Shown here: piece after piece, positions 8,547 through 18,474 of the stretch
Position numbering within the stretch: position 1 is the first letter of the stretch
How the letters are laid out: each line of letters opens with the position of its first letter
DNA from: an uncultured Pseudomonadota bacterium
Lineage (GTDB): Bacteria; Babelota; Babeliae; Babelales; Vermiphilaceae
Direction of reading: 5' to 3'
Length of the DNA: 64,000 nt
Assembly (NCBI GenBank): GCA_964436435.1
Contig: CAYTCH010000001.1
Coordinates: 822,184 to 886,183, forward strand
Made by a program: the position numbers and the translations under genes
The notes under the pieces: generated by a model
What the model saw: the letters and a program-made list of their open reading frames with translations, nothing else
Databases searched by the model: none
What the model was told of the DNA's origin: nothing

Positions 8547-10073
8547 TCATTTTTTTTCGATTTTGTACTGGTCCGTGCTGAGTGAAGGAAGCCCCGAAAG
8601 TGTTATTTGGGAATTGAATTCTTTTTCCAGTCCCAAGATAGCATCATGTTCCACGTTGGTGATATGGTTTACCTGGATTGGATTGAGTTTGATTTCTAGG
8701 TTTCCGCGGAATACTTTCTCATTGAGCAGCTCAGTTTTGATGTGCCGTAATATGTTGTAACACTCAGTTTTAACCGACTTAATGGTTCCTGTTCCTTTGC
8801 AGGTTGGGCAGGCGCACATAAGTTGTTGGGTTAACGTTTTACCGGAGCGTTTTCTGGTCATTTGAACGAGCCCGAACTCAGAAACTTTAAGAACAACTGA
8901 TTGGAACTTGTCGTGCTCGCGCAATACTTTCTCAAACAATTTAATGAGCTGTTGGCGGTGTGCGGCTGAGGTCATATCTATAAAATCGATAACAATCAGG
9001 CCACCGATGTTTCTAAAGCGAAGTTGTCGGGCAACCTCTTCAGCTGCTTCAAGGTTTGTTTTTAAGATAGTGTCTTCCATGCTCTTTTTGCCGACGAATT
9101 TTCCCGTATTCACGTCGACGACCGTCATAGCTTCGGTTGATTCAATAATCAAGGACCCGCCCGATTTGAGCTCAACCTTTTTATGGAGCCCCTCTTCTAT
9201 CTGTTTTTCAACAGAATACTGTTCAAATGCAACAGGTGGTTCTTTGAGGAGTTTGACTTTCATCGCATGTTCAGGCGCGATGTTTTTTATAAAGAGGTAA
9301 ACCTGCTTGTGTGTTGCGGGGCTATTGATGACAATTTCATCAACATCATTATCCAAATGGTCTCTGACGACCTGTAAAACAAGTGGTATATCTTCATGAA
9401 CGCGCTCTTTTGGTGCGCCTTCTTTGAACTTTTTTTTGATACCTTTCCAGGTTTTTACCAGGTATTTAATGTCCTGTTCAATTTCCTGTTCTTGTTGGTT
9501 TTCTGATGTTGTTCTAATAATGGCACCCATTCCTTTGGGCAGGTGCTTTGAAACGAGCTCTTTGAGTCTGATACGCTCGTCTCTGTTTTCAACCTTCTTG
9601 GACACGCCGATGCGTGGGATATTGGGCATCAAGACGATAAAACGTCCAGGCAGGGTAAAGCAGGTGGTGAGTTTTGCCCCTTTTTCATAGACCGGCTCTT
9701 TGCTTACTTGAACAAGGACCGGGTCACCCTCTTTAAGAATGCTTGATATATTAAGGGGTTCACGGCGTCTGCGGACTGGTTTTTTTTCTGGCTCTGGCTC
9801 ATGCTCGCCAATTTCTTCATCATGGTCGCTCAGTTGATCAAGGGCGAGGTCGCGGTCGATTTCTGAAATATGCAGAAAACCTGCTCGCTCCTGGCCGATA
9901 TCTACAAAGGCTGTTTGTATGCCTGGAAGTACCTTAGTGACGATACCTTTAAAGTAAACACGTTCGAGTGTTTGGATCGCGTGGGAGGCGAAGTAAATGT
10001 TCTGAACTTTACCGTCTCTGATGACGGCGGCGCGTGTTTGCCATGGCTGTTCGTCAATTATAATTTTTTTCAT
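8547..10073 (-). CDS. rng: Ribonuclease G (RNase E/G family)
   Basis: 508 aa. S1 domain (YFKGIVTKVLPGIQTAFVDIG), DNase-I-like/5'-sensor blocks (GGLIVIDFIDM) and a Zn-link CPTCKGTG. Confidence 0.9.
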   Translation of the reverse strand: MKKIIIDEQPWQTRAAVIRDGKVQNIYFASHAIQTLERVYFKGIVTKVLPGIQTAFVDIGQERAGFLHISEIDRDLALDQLSDHDEEIGEHEPEPEKKPVRRRREPLNISSILKEGDPVLVQVSKEPVYEKGAKLTTCFTLPGRFIVLMPNIPRIGVSKKVENRDERIRLKELVSKHLPKGMGAIIRTTSENQQEQEIEQDIKYLVKTWKGIKKKFKEGAPKERVHEDIPLVLQVVRDHLDNDVDEIVINSPATHKQVYLFIKNIAPEHAMKVKLLKEPPVAFEQYSVEKQIEEGLHKKVELKSGGSLIIESTEAMTVVDVNTGKFVGKKSMEDTILKTNLEAAEEVARQLRFRNIGGLIVIDFIDMTSAAHRQQLIKLFEKVLREHDKFQSVVLKVSEFGLVQMTRKRSGKTLTQQLMCACPTCKGTGTIKSVKTECYNILRHIKTELLNEKVFRGNLEIKLNPIQVNHITNVEHDAILGLEKEFNSQITLSGLPSLSTDQYKIEKK

Positions 10074-10279
10074 GGCGTTTGTTTTCTTTTTCGTTTCGGA
10101 GTTGTTGTTTTAATTCTTATTGTTGTTTTACGTTTTATCACACTACTCAAGCTCTTATTTTATAAGATATTAATTTTTATGGGTAGAATATCACGCAGAA
10201 ATGTGATAAATTGCCCTCTGTGTTAGGAAAAGAGTGGTTATTTTTTAATTTTATTAGCGTTTTCGGGGAGAAATGAGTT

Positions 10280-10936
10280 ATGAAAAAAGGTTTAGTTCTA
10301 GTTCTTGCTGCTTTGGTGGTATTACCAGGTTGCTGGGGCCGCAAAAAAGATAAACAAGATACTCAAAAGGGCAAAAAGAACATAGAGTTACGCGCAGAAG
10401 TTGATATGCCAGTTGCCGGCGATGAAATGAATAGTTATTTTGATGCCGATGCCAATGAATTGACCTTGTTAGACGATAAAGACATAGCACAAGAGCTTGG
10501 TGTAGAAGAAACAGAACAAGCAGTTGTTGCAGCAAATGATTTTGATTGGGCAAAAGAAGAAGGCTCAAAAGATTCATTCGCAAACGTCTATTTTGATTTT
10601 GATGCTGATGGTATCCGCCAAGATCAAGAAGCATACATTGCACAAAACATTGAGCATGCAAAAGCAATCCTTGCTCGTGGTGAAACACCTGTTATCACCA
10701 TTGAAGGCAATGCTTGTAGCTCTGCTGGATCAAGAGGCTATAACGTAGCTATTTCAAATAACAGAGCATCTGTTGTCGCGGATAGATTTGTTGCATGTGG
10801 TGTTGCTCGTGACAATATCAAGATTTTAGGTCGTGGATCAGACAACCCAGTTTTGGATGCCAACGGTAACCCAGTCTCTGGAGACCGCTCACAACAATGG
10901 CCAAACCGTCGTGTTGAATTAAAGCTTTACAGCTAG
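10280..10936 (+). CDS. pal: Peptidoglycan-associated lipoprotein (OmpA-family C-terminal domain)
   Basis: Lipobox VVLPGC. Acidic linker. OmpA-like domain with IEGNACSSAGSRGYNVAISNNRA and NRRVELKLY. GGGGAG RBS before ATG 10280. Confidence 0.85.
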   Translation: MKKGLVLVLAALVVLPGCWGRKKDKQDTQKGKKNIELRAEVDMPVAGDEMNSYFDADANELTLLDDKDIAQELGVEETEQAVVAANDFDWAKEEGSKDSFANVYFDFDADGIRQDQEAYIAQNIEHAKAILARGETPVITIEGNACSSAGSRGYNVAISNNRASVVADRFVACGVARDNIKILGRGSDNPVLDANGNPVSGDRSQQWPNRRVELKLYS

Positions 10937-10973
10937 GTTTTTAATTTTCTAGAATTATTTTATGCATCTATGG

Positions 10974-11003
10974 ACGCCGCTCATAAAACGAGCGGCGTTT
11001 TTA
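10974..11003 (+). terminator. Intrinsic terminator of pal
   Basis: ACGCCGCTC / GAGCGGCGT 9-bp stem with a 7-nt loop, followed by TTTTT. Confidence 0.85.
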
Positions 11004-11037
11004 TTGTAAAGTTGTTTTTTAAAAGGAGATGACATAT

Positions 11038-11322
11038 ATGAAGAGGTATCAGCAATTTTTGGGACTTATTTTTATAATGCAGTCGTTTTTTTGTTATGGT
11101 ATGGAGACAAAAGATAAGGTATTAAAGAACGAGACTGTTAACCCGAACAGTAAGATGATTTTTGTAAAACTTTTGAAGCGAACTGAAAAATCAGATTCTC
11201 TTGTTAATCTTGGTAAGACGAAGCGTTCAGTCACACCAGAGAATTTATCCCCGCGTAAGACTTCGGGATCACCACAAACGCCTGTTGATGTGAGTGATTT
11301 AGAAGTTACAGATTATAATTAA
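11038..11322 (+). CDS. Hypothetical small exported protein
   Basis: AAAAGGAG at 11021-11028, then ATG 11038. Signal-like MKRYQQFLGLIFIMQSFFCYG. Ser/Pro/Thr-rich tail. Confidence 0.5.
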   Translation: MKRYQQFLGLIFIMQSFFCYGMETKDKVLKNETVNPNSKMIFVKLLKRTEKSDSLVNLGKTKRSVTPENLSPRKTSGSPQTPVDVSDLEVTDYN

Positions 11323-11327
11323 ATCAA

Positions 11328-12728
11328 TTATTTTCCAACGCAGAATTTTTTAAATATTAAATTCAATCCTTGCTCGCTGACTGTTTTTCCTGTGAACGAA
11401 GAAAGATTGGATAGCGCATCCTTCAGATGGACAGAAATGAGTTCATAAGCTGGTGCTTGAGTGAGTAGGGCTGGAATAAATGATAGATTTTTTTCAGCTG
11501 CCAGTAATACCCCGTGTTGACGTTCATTCAAAAGATAAGGCGACGCAGCATCTGTAAAAAGATGCTTTATTTTTTGTGCAACAGTGTCATGCAACAGATC
11601 TAAATTGTATCCGCTTGCGCATGATACATCGAGTGTAACGTGTCCATCAAAAGAGTTTAATGTGTTTGTGATAAGGTCTATTTTGTTGCGCACGATGATA
11701 ATTTTATTTGCATATTCTTGAATCAATTCTGAATAGATGACACGTTCTGCGTCGTTCATGGTGCGTGCAGCATCATAGACTAATAAAATAATATCAGCTT
11801 TGTGTGCTTCAGCCCGTGAACGGCGAATGCCTTCTTGTTCAATTGAGTCATTCGTGCTGCGCAGGCCGGCTGTATCTACAAAGGTTTGATATGTCTCTTG
11901 GTTGTACACACCAGCCTCAATCACGTCACGTGTTGTGCCGGGAATGTTGGTGACGATCGCTCGTTCTTGTTCAATCAGTTTATTAAATAAAGATGATTTG
12001 CCGGTGTTGACTGAGCCGATAAGTGCGATACGAATACCTTCACGTACATGCTTGCGTTGATCAAAACTTTTTTTAAGTGTCAGAATTTTTTGCGTGATGA
12101 GTGACATAATTGTTTTGATCTGTTCACCAAACTCCGCGCCCTCTTCCTCTATAAATTCAAAGCTTGCTTCGCTGAGAGCAAGAGCATGTAAAAGATCTTC
12201 TTCGAGTTCAGAAATTTTTTGTGACAATGAACCTTCAAGTTGCGCGAGTGATGCCTTAAGTCCCATGTGCGTTTGTGCATGAATAAGTTCATTGAGGGCT
12301 TCTGCTTGAGGAAGATCTATTTTGCCGTTTAAAAATGCGCGGCGACTAAATTCACCTTCTTGTGCACAACGAGCCCCACACTGGAGAGCGCGTTCAATAA
12401 TGTTGTTGATGATGAATGGGTTGTTATGTGTGCTTATTTCAACGACATCTTCACCGGTGAATGTGCGAGGTGCTCTCATTAAAAACAAGAGAACCTGATC
12501 GATATGTACCCTGTGTGCGTCGACAATATAACCATAATGGATGGTGTGCGTTGGCTGCTCTGCCAAAATTTTGTTACCGGGAAGTTTGCTTATTAAACTG
12601 GCAATGGAAACGGCTTGTGGGCCAGAGAGTCTTAATAAAGCGAGCGCCCCGCTTGCGCGAGGCGTGCATTGAGCAATAATTGTTTCTTGATCCAGAGCGT
12701 TAAAAATCTCTGTTTTTTTAGTGGTCAC
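11328..12728 (-). CDS. mnmE: tRNA modification GTPase MnmE (TrmE)
   Basis: G-domain motifs GSVNTGKSSLFN and DTAGLR, plus the family-specific C-terminal FCVGK. GTG start overlaps the jag stop by 11 nt. Confidence 0.95.
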   Translation of the reverse strand: MTTKKTEIFNALDQETIIAQCTPRASGALALLRLSGPQAVSIASLISKLPGNKILAEQPTHTIHYGYIVDAHRVHIDQVLLFLMRAPRTFTGEDVVEISTHNNPFIINNIIERALQCGARCAQEGEFSRRAFLNGKIDLPQAEALNELIHAQTHMGLKASLAQLEGSLSQKISELEEDLLHALALSEASFEFIEEEGAEFGEQIKTIMSLITQKILTLKKSFDQRKHVREGIRIALIGSVNTGKSSLFNKLIEQERAIVTNIPGTTRDVIEAGVYNQETYQTFVDTAGLRSTNDSIEQEGIRRSRAEAHKADIILLVYDAARTMNDAERVIYSELIQEYANKIIIVRNKIDLITNTLNSFDGHVTLDVSCASGYNLDLLHDTVAQKIKHLFTDAASPYLLNERQHGVLLAAEKNLSFIPALLTQAPAYELISVHLKDALSNLSSFTGKTVSEQGLNLIFKKFCVGK

Positions 12729-13503
12729 TTGTCAAAACTATCTTGTGATACTTGAGTTGTTTTTTTAATCTGTTGCGCACTGTTTGCATGATCAGATAAG
12801 CATAATTTCTAAATAGATTTTTTTGCTTTTCAGGGTCATCAGAGATTGGCTTGTTGAATGAGAACTTAAGATGGTAGCGTTTTATCTCTGTGGTGAAGGT
12901 CATATCTTTTCTGTCCATCTTGTTGAGTGCGTCTTGCACCCAGTTGGTTGAGATGGATATCATTTCATCAGTCCAAAATATTTTTGATCTGTTTTCTTGA
13001 TCTTGGTCTTGCTCATTAGTTTGTTCGGTGCGTGGTGTAACTGGTGTGAGTGGTTTTGTTAGTGTTGTTCTGACAGGAGCAGGTATTACAGGTGCCTTAA
13101 CTGGTGCTGTACTTGTTGGGCGGGCTTGTTGAGGAGCTGGTTGTTTGTCTACTGGTTGCGGTTTTCGTGGGGCAATTTCTGGCCGTTGTTGCGGTTGTTT
13201 ATTTTCCGTACCTGTTTTTCGTTGTTCTGGTGAAGTAGGGGGATAGTTTGATGGTCGCTTGTCGCCCGTAGTTTTAACGTAAAGGGACGCATCTTTTTTA
13301 CGGGTATCGGTTTCTGTTTTATTGAGCACGTCCTCTTTTTCAAACAAAAGAGCTATTTTTGCAGGTTTAGTTGTAATTCCGAGGAAGTTTTTTTCTGCAT
13401 CTTCAAAAACGCGGATCGAAAACTTTTGAGGCTTGCCGGCTTTAAGCCATGCTTGCTCGACCGCTTTGGCAAGAGACGATGCTTCTTGCATTATAGAATT
13501 CAT
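12718..13503 (-). CDS. jag: Jag/KhpB-like protein (Jag_N domain, long Pro/Gln/Thr-rich linker, short C-terminal domain)
   Basis: N-terminus EASSLAKAVEQAWLKAGKPQKFSIRVFEDAEKNFLGITTKPAKI matches Jag_N. Sits in the conserved position immediately upstream of mnmE. No R3H motif seen. Confidence 0.65.
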   Translation of the reverse strand: MNSIMQEASSLAKAVEQAWLKAGKPQKFSIRVFEDAEKNFLGITTKPAKIALLFEKEDVLNKTETDTRKKDASLYVKTTGDKRPSNYPPTSPEQRKTGTENKQPQQRPEIAPRKPQPVDKQPAPQQARPTSTAPVKAPVIPAPVRTTLTKPLTPVTPRTEQTNEQDQDQENRSKIFWTDEMISISTNWVQDALNKMDRKDMTFTTEIKRYHLKFSFNKPISDDPEKQKNLFRNYAYLIMQTVRNRLKKQLKYHKIVLTSDH

Positions 13504-13675
13504 CGTGAAGTATTCCTTTTAATAAAATTTTTTTTTGTATGCATCATGGTCCCTGCTATGTTTTCAGTGGTTTTTGGGGCTACAACAGACGAGTTGTTTT
13601 GGATGTGCGGCGTATTCATAAAAGAAAGATTGGATGGCTATTCCTCTCTTCTGTCCCCGAAAAATTTTGAATTTT

Positions 13676-13750
13676 TGGAGCGGGAAACGGGGGTCGAACC
13701 CGCGACCTTCGCCTTGGCAAGGCGACGCTCTACCACTGAGCTATTCCCGC
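13676..13750 (-). tRNA. tRNA-Gly (anticodon GCC), 3' CCA encoded
   Basis: Reverse complement reads GCGGGAATAGCTCAGTGGTAGAGCGTCGCCTTGCCAAGGCGAAGGTCGCGGGTTCGACCCCCGTTTCCCGCTCCA. 7-bp acceptor stem GCGGGAA/TTCCCGC, D-loop AGTGGTA, anticodon loop CTTGCCAAG, T-loop TTCGA. Confidence 0.95.
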
Positions 13751-13906
13751 GATGCGGTGTTCCTGAGCATTTCAATCAAAAAGTATCATAGGGAGGATAT
13801 TTGTCAATCATTTATTCACGGGTCTTGCCGGCTTGATAGGGCTTGCAGTAGACTGTTTTTTTGTTTATATGCTCAAAATCGTGAATAGCAGAGGGTGATG
13901 ATTACC

Positions 13907-14506
13907 ATGATAGATCGTGTTTCTGGTGTTGTAAAGGCCGTCCATAAGGATTCAATAACGGTGCACGTTGGCCCAATGGGGTTTCGTTTTTTTGTTGCAG
14001 CGCCGGTTCGTTTTCGAGTTGAGCAGGCGGTTGAATTGGAGACTTATCTGCATTGGAATCAGGAAAACGGCCCCAGTTTGTTCGGATTTGAGTCTGAATT
14101 AGATAAAGAAGTTTTTTTATTAATTATCGATTGCTCCGGTATCGGACCTAAAATTGGGCTTGCTGTGCTACGTGACCTGGGTGCCGAACGGTTTTTGGAA
14201 TCGATTCAATCAAATGATGATCGTGCTTTGTGCACCGTAGATGGTCTAGGGCCTAAGAAAATTGAACAGGTTATTGTGCAGCTCAAGCGAAAGGTTGCCA
14301 AGTTGTTAGAATCGGGGATTCAAATTCAGGGTAGCAAGAAGTTGGCCGACTGGCAGAATGTGTCCAACGTGCTGACTTCGCTTAATTATTCACGTACCGA
14401 AATTGCGATGGCCATGAAGCATTTGGGGGACAATTATTCTGAGGCGACAATTCCCTTTGATGGGCTGCTGCGGCATGCCCTATCATTTTTGGCAAAAAGC
14501 CGTTAA
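13907..14506 (+). CDS. ruvA: Holliday junction branch-migration complex subunit RuvA
   Basis: MIDRVSGVVKAV...VHVGPMGFRF (OB fold) and HhH region GIGPKIGLAVL...VDGLGPKKIEQVI. GAGGG at 13891-13895 favours ATG 13907 over the ORF-track GTG 13895. Confidence 0.85.
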   Translation: MIDRVSGVVKAVHKDSITVHVGPMGFRFFVAAPVRFRVEQAVELETYLHWNQENGPSLFGFESELDKEVFLLIIDCSGIGPKIGLAVLRDLGAERFLESIQSNDDRALCTVDGLGPKKIEQVIVQLKRKVAKLLESGIQIQGSKKLADWQNVSNVLTSLNYSRTEIAMAMKHLGDNYSEATIPFDGLLRHALSFLAKSR

Positions 14507-14630
14507 ATTTGAACGATAGTTTATATCGATTCTACACAATGCACGGAGGGCCCCATGCAGCAGCAGGATGGTCAGGAAACCTATTTTTTATAGTATTTAT
14601 GAAATAATACATTAGGACTTTGGAGATTTG

Positions 14631-15944
14631 ATGGAACTTTTTACTTTTTTATCTGATATTTACAATTTTCTTGCTTACCCCATGATGTTTCTTTTTTTGG
14701 CCATTGGTGCGATTCTGACTATCAAGACCGGTTTTTTACAGCTGCGTTGTTGGCCAAAGTTTATCAATCTTATCACCAAGGGTGCCCATAAAAGTGACGG
14801 CACCATGAAAACAATCAGTCCTATCCATGCTTTGTTGACTGCAATGGGCACTACACTGGGTATTGGTAGTGTTGTCGGGCCCTCAATCGCCATTATGACG
14901 GGAGGTCCCGGAGCCTTATTCTGGATGGTAGCATTTGCCTTTTTTGCAGGCATCATCAAATATACTGAAGTTTGTTTTGCTATCTCCACTCGTCAAAAAA
15001 CTGCAAGTGGTGCAATTATCAGTGGCCCTACACAATATTTAAAACTGGTTCATAGGTCATTATCATCTTGGTATGGCTTTATTATCATTTTTGTTTTTGC
15101 CGTGTGGTCTGGTGTGCAATCCAACACGCTCGCAGGTATTTTTGCAAAAGAAAGCATTCCAACATGGCAAACCGGTCTTGCTGTTTCTTTGTTAATGTTA
15201 TTGGTGGTGAGTGGTGGCGCAGCCCGAGTTGGCCGTACCGCAAGCAAGATTGTTCCAGTCATGTGTTTTTTATATGTCATATTTGCGGTTTATGTTTTAT
15301 TAAAAAACGGTGGAGCCCTACCAGGCGCCCTTGCGTCTATTTTTAGTAATGCTTTTACACCTGCAGCAGCAGCTGGTGGATTTATGGGTGCGACCGTACT
15401 GAGTGCTATGAGTGCCGGTATTTTTAAAAGTATTTATACAACGGAAGCGGGTCTTGGTACCTCATCAATCGCCCACTCCATTGCGGATGTTAAAACCCCA
15501 GCTGATCAAGGCATTCTTGCCATGTACTCTGTGGTCGCTGATGCATTTTTCTCATTTCTTTCTGGCCTTGTTGTTTTGGTAACCGGCCTGTGGATGGTTG
15601 GTGAAAATGCGCTGGATAATACGTTGATGTATGAAGCTTTCAAGTCGGCATCCCCAGATTTTGGCCGAATTATTTTAGTTGTCTGTATTGGTCTGTTTGC
15701 CTTTACCACCGTGATTGGTAACAGCTTTAATGGCGCTCATAATTTTGCATCCATGACCAAGCATCGTTTTGTCGGGGTGTATTATGTTTTTACTGCATTC
15801 ATGATTTTTCTTGGTGCACAGATTAGCGTGCCGGTGGTGTGGAAGTTGGTTGATATCATGATTATTTTGGTGGCAATACCAAATATCATTGGAATCACGA
15901 TTTTAGCATTTAAAAAACCTGAGGTTCTTCGGGTTCAAAAATAA
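14631..15944 (+). CDS. Alanine/glycine:cation (sodium) symporter, AGCS family
   Basis: About 11 hydrophobic segments. Family block GGPGALFWMVAFAFFAGIIKYTE and TTEAGLGTSSIAHS. GGAG lies 5 nt before ATG 14631. Confidence 0.8.
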   Translation: MELFTFLSDIYNFLAYPMMFLFLAIGAILTIKTGFLQLRCWPKFINLITKGAHKSDGTMKTISPIHALLTAMGTTLGIGSVVGPSIAIMTGGPGALFWMVAFAFFAGIIKYTEVCFAISTRQKTASGAIISGPTQYLKLVHRSLSSWYGFIIIFVFAVWSGVQSNTLAGIFAKESIPTWQTGLAVSLLMLLVVSGGAARVGRTASKIVPVMCFLYVIFAVYVLLKNGGALPGALASIFSNAFTPAAAAGGFMGATVLSAMSAGIFKSIYTTEAGLGTSSIAHSIADVKTPADQGILAMYSVVADAFFSFLSGLVVLVTGLWMVGENALDNTLMYEAFKSASPDFGRIILVVCIGLFAFTTVIGNSFNGAHNFASMTKHRFVGVYYVFTAFMIFLGAQISVPVVWKLVDIMIILVAIPNIIGITILAFKKPEVLRVQK

Positions 15945-15962
15945 GAAAAATTGAGCTTTTAT

Positions 15963-15994
15963 AAGGGGCTGGTATAATGACCGGCCCCTTTTTT
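15963..15994 (+). terminator. Intrinsic terminator of the symporter gene
   Basis: AAGGGGCTGG / CCGGCCCCTT stem (one G-T pair) followed by TTTTTT. Confidence 0.8.
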
Positions 15995-16189
15995 ATGAAT
16001 ACGCCTTACTGATCGTATTTTTTGCTCTTTTTAATTCCTAAAAAATCAAAATCATTGATTCTGGCTGAATGAATACTGTAAAATAAAGAATGGTATACAG
16101 CTGGCGATTTGCCGGTTGATTATTCATTTTTGATACGCTTTACAAGAGTAAAAACTATATTCTCAGTTTTTTAAAGAAAGGATTGAGCT

Positions 16190-16879
16190 ATGAAGACGAT
16201 AAAATCATATGTTTTAGTTATGGGGGCTTTGGTTGTTGCTGCCGGTTCATTGACCGCGAAGGCGCCACTTATTATTCAAGACTTTTCTATAGCTCTTGAT
16301 GATATCAAGAATGACCAAGACAAGGTCCGTAAAAATGCTCAGGGTAAAGTATGGGGCCAGGCTTTGTGGCATGCCCAAGACAGTACAACCGCCCGTAAAA
16401 CTCTGGAAAACAGATTATTCGAACCAGTTGCAGCCGATTATGGCAAAGCTGATGACAAACATAAAGAGGTTTATAAACATCTGGCTGATTATATGAAAAC
16501 CGCAGATGCAGTGTTTGCACAGGAATCTGATGTGCTCAGTCGTTTAGCTTCAGAAGATATTTTGACCTATAAAGTGTATCGCATGGATAAACGCTTGAGT
16601 GATTTAAAGAGTGCAATTACAACTATGGAAAAAGAGGAGCATTCAAAACTTGCATCTGATATTGTAAATAAATATAAGCTTTCTGATCTTTTTAGCGCTG
16701 ATTTTTTAAATCATCTGACTACAACTAAAAAGGCTTTTGTTGCTGATGCCAAGAACGTGCTCAAGGCATTAGAAAAAGAGGTTGCTGTTTTGAGGGTTGA
16801 ACTCAAAAATCAAAAAGCAGCTGATAAAGGCAAGTTGATGGAAGAATGGTACGATGCTCTTGATACAGACGCGTTGTAA
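16190..16879 (+). CDS. Hypothetical exported helical protein
   Basis: Signal peptide MKTIKSYVLVMGALVVAAGSLTAKA. Charged helical remainder. RBS-like AAAGGA. Own terminator. Confidence 0.55.
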   Translation: MKTIKSYVLVMGALVVAAGSLTAKAPLIIQDFSIALDDIKNDQDKVRKNAQGKVWGQALWHAQDSTTARKTLENRLFEPVAADYGKADDKHKEVYKHLADYMKTADAVFAQESDVLSRLASEDILTYKVYRMDKRLSDLKSAITTMEKEEHSKLASDIVNKYKLSDLFSADFLNHLTTTKKAFVADAKNVLKALEKEVAVLRVELKNQKAADKGKLMEEWYDALDTDAL

Positions 16880-16896
16880 AAAAACATGGAATAATG

Positions 16897-16931
16897 TGGG
16901 GCGTCCCTTTTGGGGCGCCCTTTTTTTTTTT
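16897..16931 (+). terminator. Intrinsic terminator
   Basis: GGGGCGTCCC TTTT GGGGCGCCC hairpin followed by a T11 run. Confidence 0.85.
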
Positions 16932-17009
16932 AAGGTCCTTTTATCTCCCTTTGAGTTTATGGTACGTTGTAATCGAGTTTTTACTAACGTATTATAAAAA
17001 GGGAATTGT

Positions 17010-17762
17010 ATGTTGAAGCGACAGTTACTTGTTATTGCTGGAATATCTTTTTTTTCACCTCTTGCCGCAATGAATAATTCAGTTTCATTTTTAGAAGATC
17101 CAACCAAGTTATTAGCTCGTGATGAGTTCAAAAAAAACATACAAAATATTGGTCCTGATGAAGCGTATGATTTTTTGTGTGATAGTGTTATAGCAAAACA
17201 ACCCAAAATGATGGAAGATCGTTTTGGAGTTTTGATGACCAACATGAACTATTTTAACGGTGCTATAACCAAGCATCTTAATGGAATTATGGGGTCTATT
17301 GTTAAAGCGACTTCATATGTATTTGGCCTGAAGAGTCTCATGGTTGACGGTATGGTGAATGAGAGAGAACCGGTAGAACGTATTTTTGCAAAAGTGTGTG
17401 GCACAGAAAAAAAAGATGTTGAGAAAGATTCTCTCAAAACACTAGTAGAGAATGAGCTTTTGGTAACTGCAAAAAGAGATCGAGAGGCTTTACTTCGCGG
17501 TATTGGTAGATTTGCGACTGGTCGATTGTTGAATTGTATTCAATCTCACAAGAATGAAATTTCTCAGAGTATTATTGATGAGATGGTAGAAAAAAAATCT
17601 GAGTCAAATAACAATGACAGTGAAAAAAATAAAGCTCCATCACATCCAAAGCTTGCAAAAACAGTGCAAGATATTCTTGAAAAATGTACAGATGATCCTG
17701 AGGGCTGGAAAAAGTGTTTTGAAGAAATGACGGTAAAAGCCTATGCGAATCCAGATAAATAA
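17010..17762 (+). CDS. Hypothetical exported protein; C-terminus carries an LEKC...C...KAY motif like the neighbouring paralog family
   Basis: AAAAGGGA RBS. Signal-like MLKRQLLVIAGISFFSPLAA. C-terminal ILEKCTDDPEGWKKCFEEMTVKAYAN. Confidence 0.55.
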   Translation: MLKRQLLVIAGISFFSPLAAMNNSVSFLEDPTKLLARDEFKKNIQNIGPDEAYDFLCDSVIAKQPKMMEDRFGVLMTNMNYFNGAITKHLNGIMGSIVKATSYVFGLKSLMVDGMVNEREPVERIFAKVCGTEKKDVEKDSLKTLVENELLVTAKRDREALLRGIGRFATGRLLNCIQSHKNEISQSIIDEMVEKKSESNNNDSEKNKAPSHPKLAKTVQDILEKCTDDPEGWKKCFEEMTVKAYANPDK

Positions 17763-17784
17763 ATTTAGGATTCAGATTTAAGTC

Positions 17785-18474
17785 TTATTGGTTGAGCTTT
17801 GTTTCAATGTTTACGCACTTTTTTCTTGTAAGATCTTGCAGCTCTGGTGGAGTACTTTCTGATTGTTTAAGCAGATTCATATATTTTTTGTGCGTAATCT
17901 GACAAAGGTTTTCGTCTTTGTATTTGCATTTTTCAAGGTTGCGACAAATCTTTTGAAGTGTTGCAATGTCAGAATCTTTGATTGTGCTGAGTTTTGCAAA
18001 GGCATCCAGGAGCTTTTGTTGGAGAATTACTGCTTCAGCTTCAGACGCTGCCTTTGCAAGGTTGGCCACGAGTTGTGTTATTTGATTAAGGGGTTTGCTT
18101 TGTGCCCATGTATTCAAGAGAGTAGGTAGTATTTCTTTGGCGCAATAACCAATCCCTGTAAATAGTATTGTTTTTACGACAGGGACTCCGTATTTTATAA
18201 GAAAGCTTGAAGTGACCGATCCGTTAATATTGTCTGCTTCAACTTGTGTTTTTTTTTCTTCAGTTTCTACTTTTTGTGTTGATTCATCGACCATAGTTAC
18301 TTGCGTCGATCGATCAACCATTCCATCTTTTGGGTTGACTTCGTAATTGTCCTTTCCCCAGCCTGTCCATTTGTGATTGGGCTCCTCACTCGCAATCAAA
18401 TCAATACACCCCATGCCACACGCCGCAACGGCGCACAGCCCTAAAAATTTCAGTTTTTGAAGCATACACATCAT
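17785..18474 (-). CDS. Hypothetical exported/membrane protein, member of a local paralog family
   Basis: Signal-like N-terminus. Internal hydrophobic segment. C-terminal motif NLEKCKYKDENLCQITHKKYMNLLKQ is shared with 19156-20397 and 20402-21031. Three in-frame ATGs at 18474/18471/18465. Confidence 0.55.
   Translation of the reverse strand: MMCMLQKLKFLGLCAVAACGMGCIDLIASEEPNHKWTGWGKDNYEVNPKDGMVDRSTQVTMVDESTQKVETEEKKTQVEADNINGSVTSSFLIKYGVPVVKTILFTGIGYCAKEILPTLLNTWAQSKPLNQITQLVANLAKAASEAEAVILQQKLLDAFAKLSTIKDSDIATLQKICRNLEKCKYKDENLCQITHKKYMNLLKQSESTPPELQDLTRKKCVNIETKLNQ

Noticed and set aside
10278-10688. 136-aa minus-strand ORF antisense to pal (similar antisense ORFs occur inside rng, valS, ftsA, secA and the 852-aa gene, for example 51303-51935).
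   Set aside because: They are fully embedded in well-supported genes on the other strand, have low-complexity or odd composition, and lack an RBS. They are typical shadow ORFs.
14507-14630. Looked for a glycine riboswitch upstream of the alanine/glycine:cation symporter, a common association.
   Set aside because: The ~120-nt leader (…GCACGGAGGGCCCCATGCAGCAGCAGGATGGTCAGGAAACC…) is too short. It also lacks the GGAGAG...CACCGAAGGGGCAA...CTCAGGCAAAAGGAC-type conserved core as far as I can judge by eye. A cmscan run would settle it.
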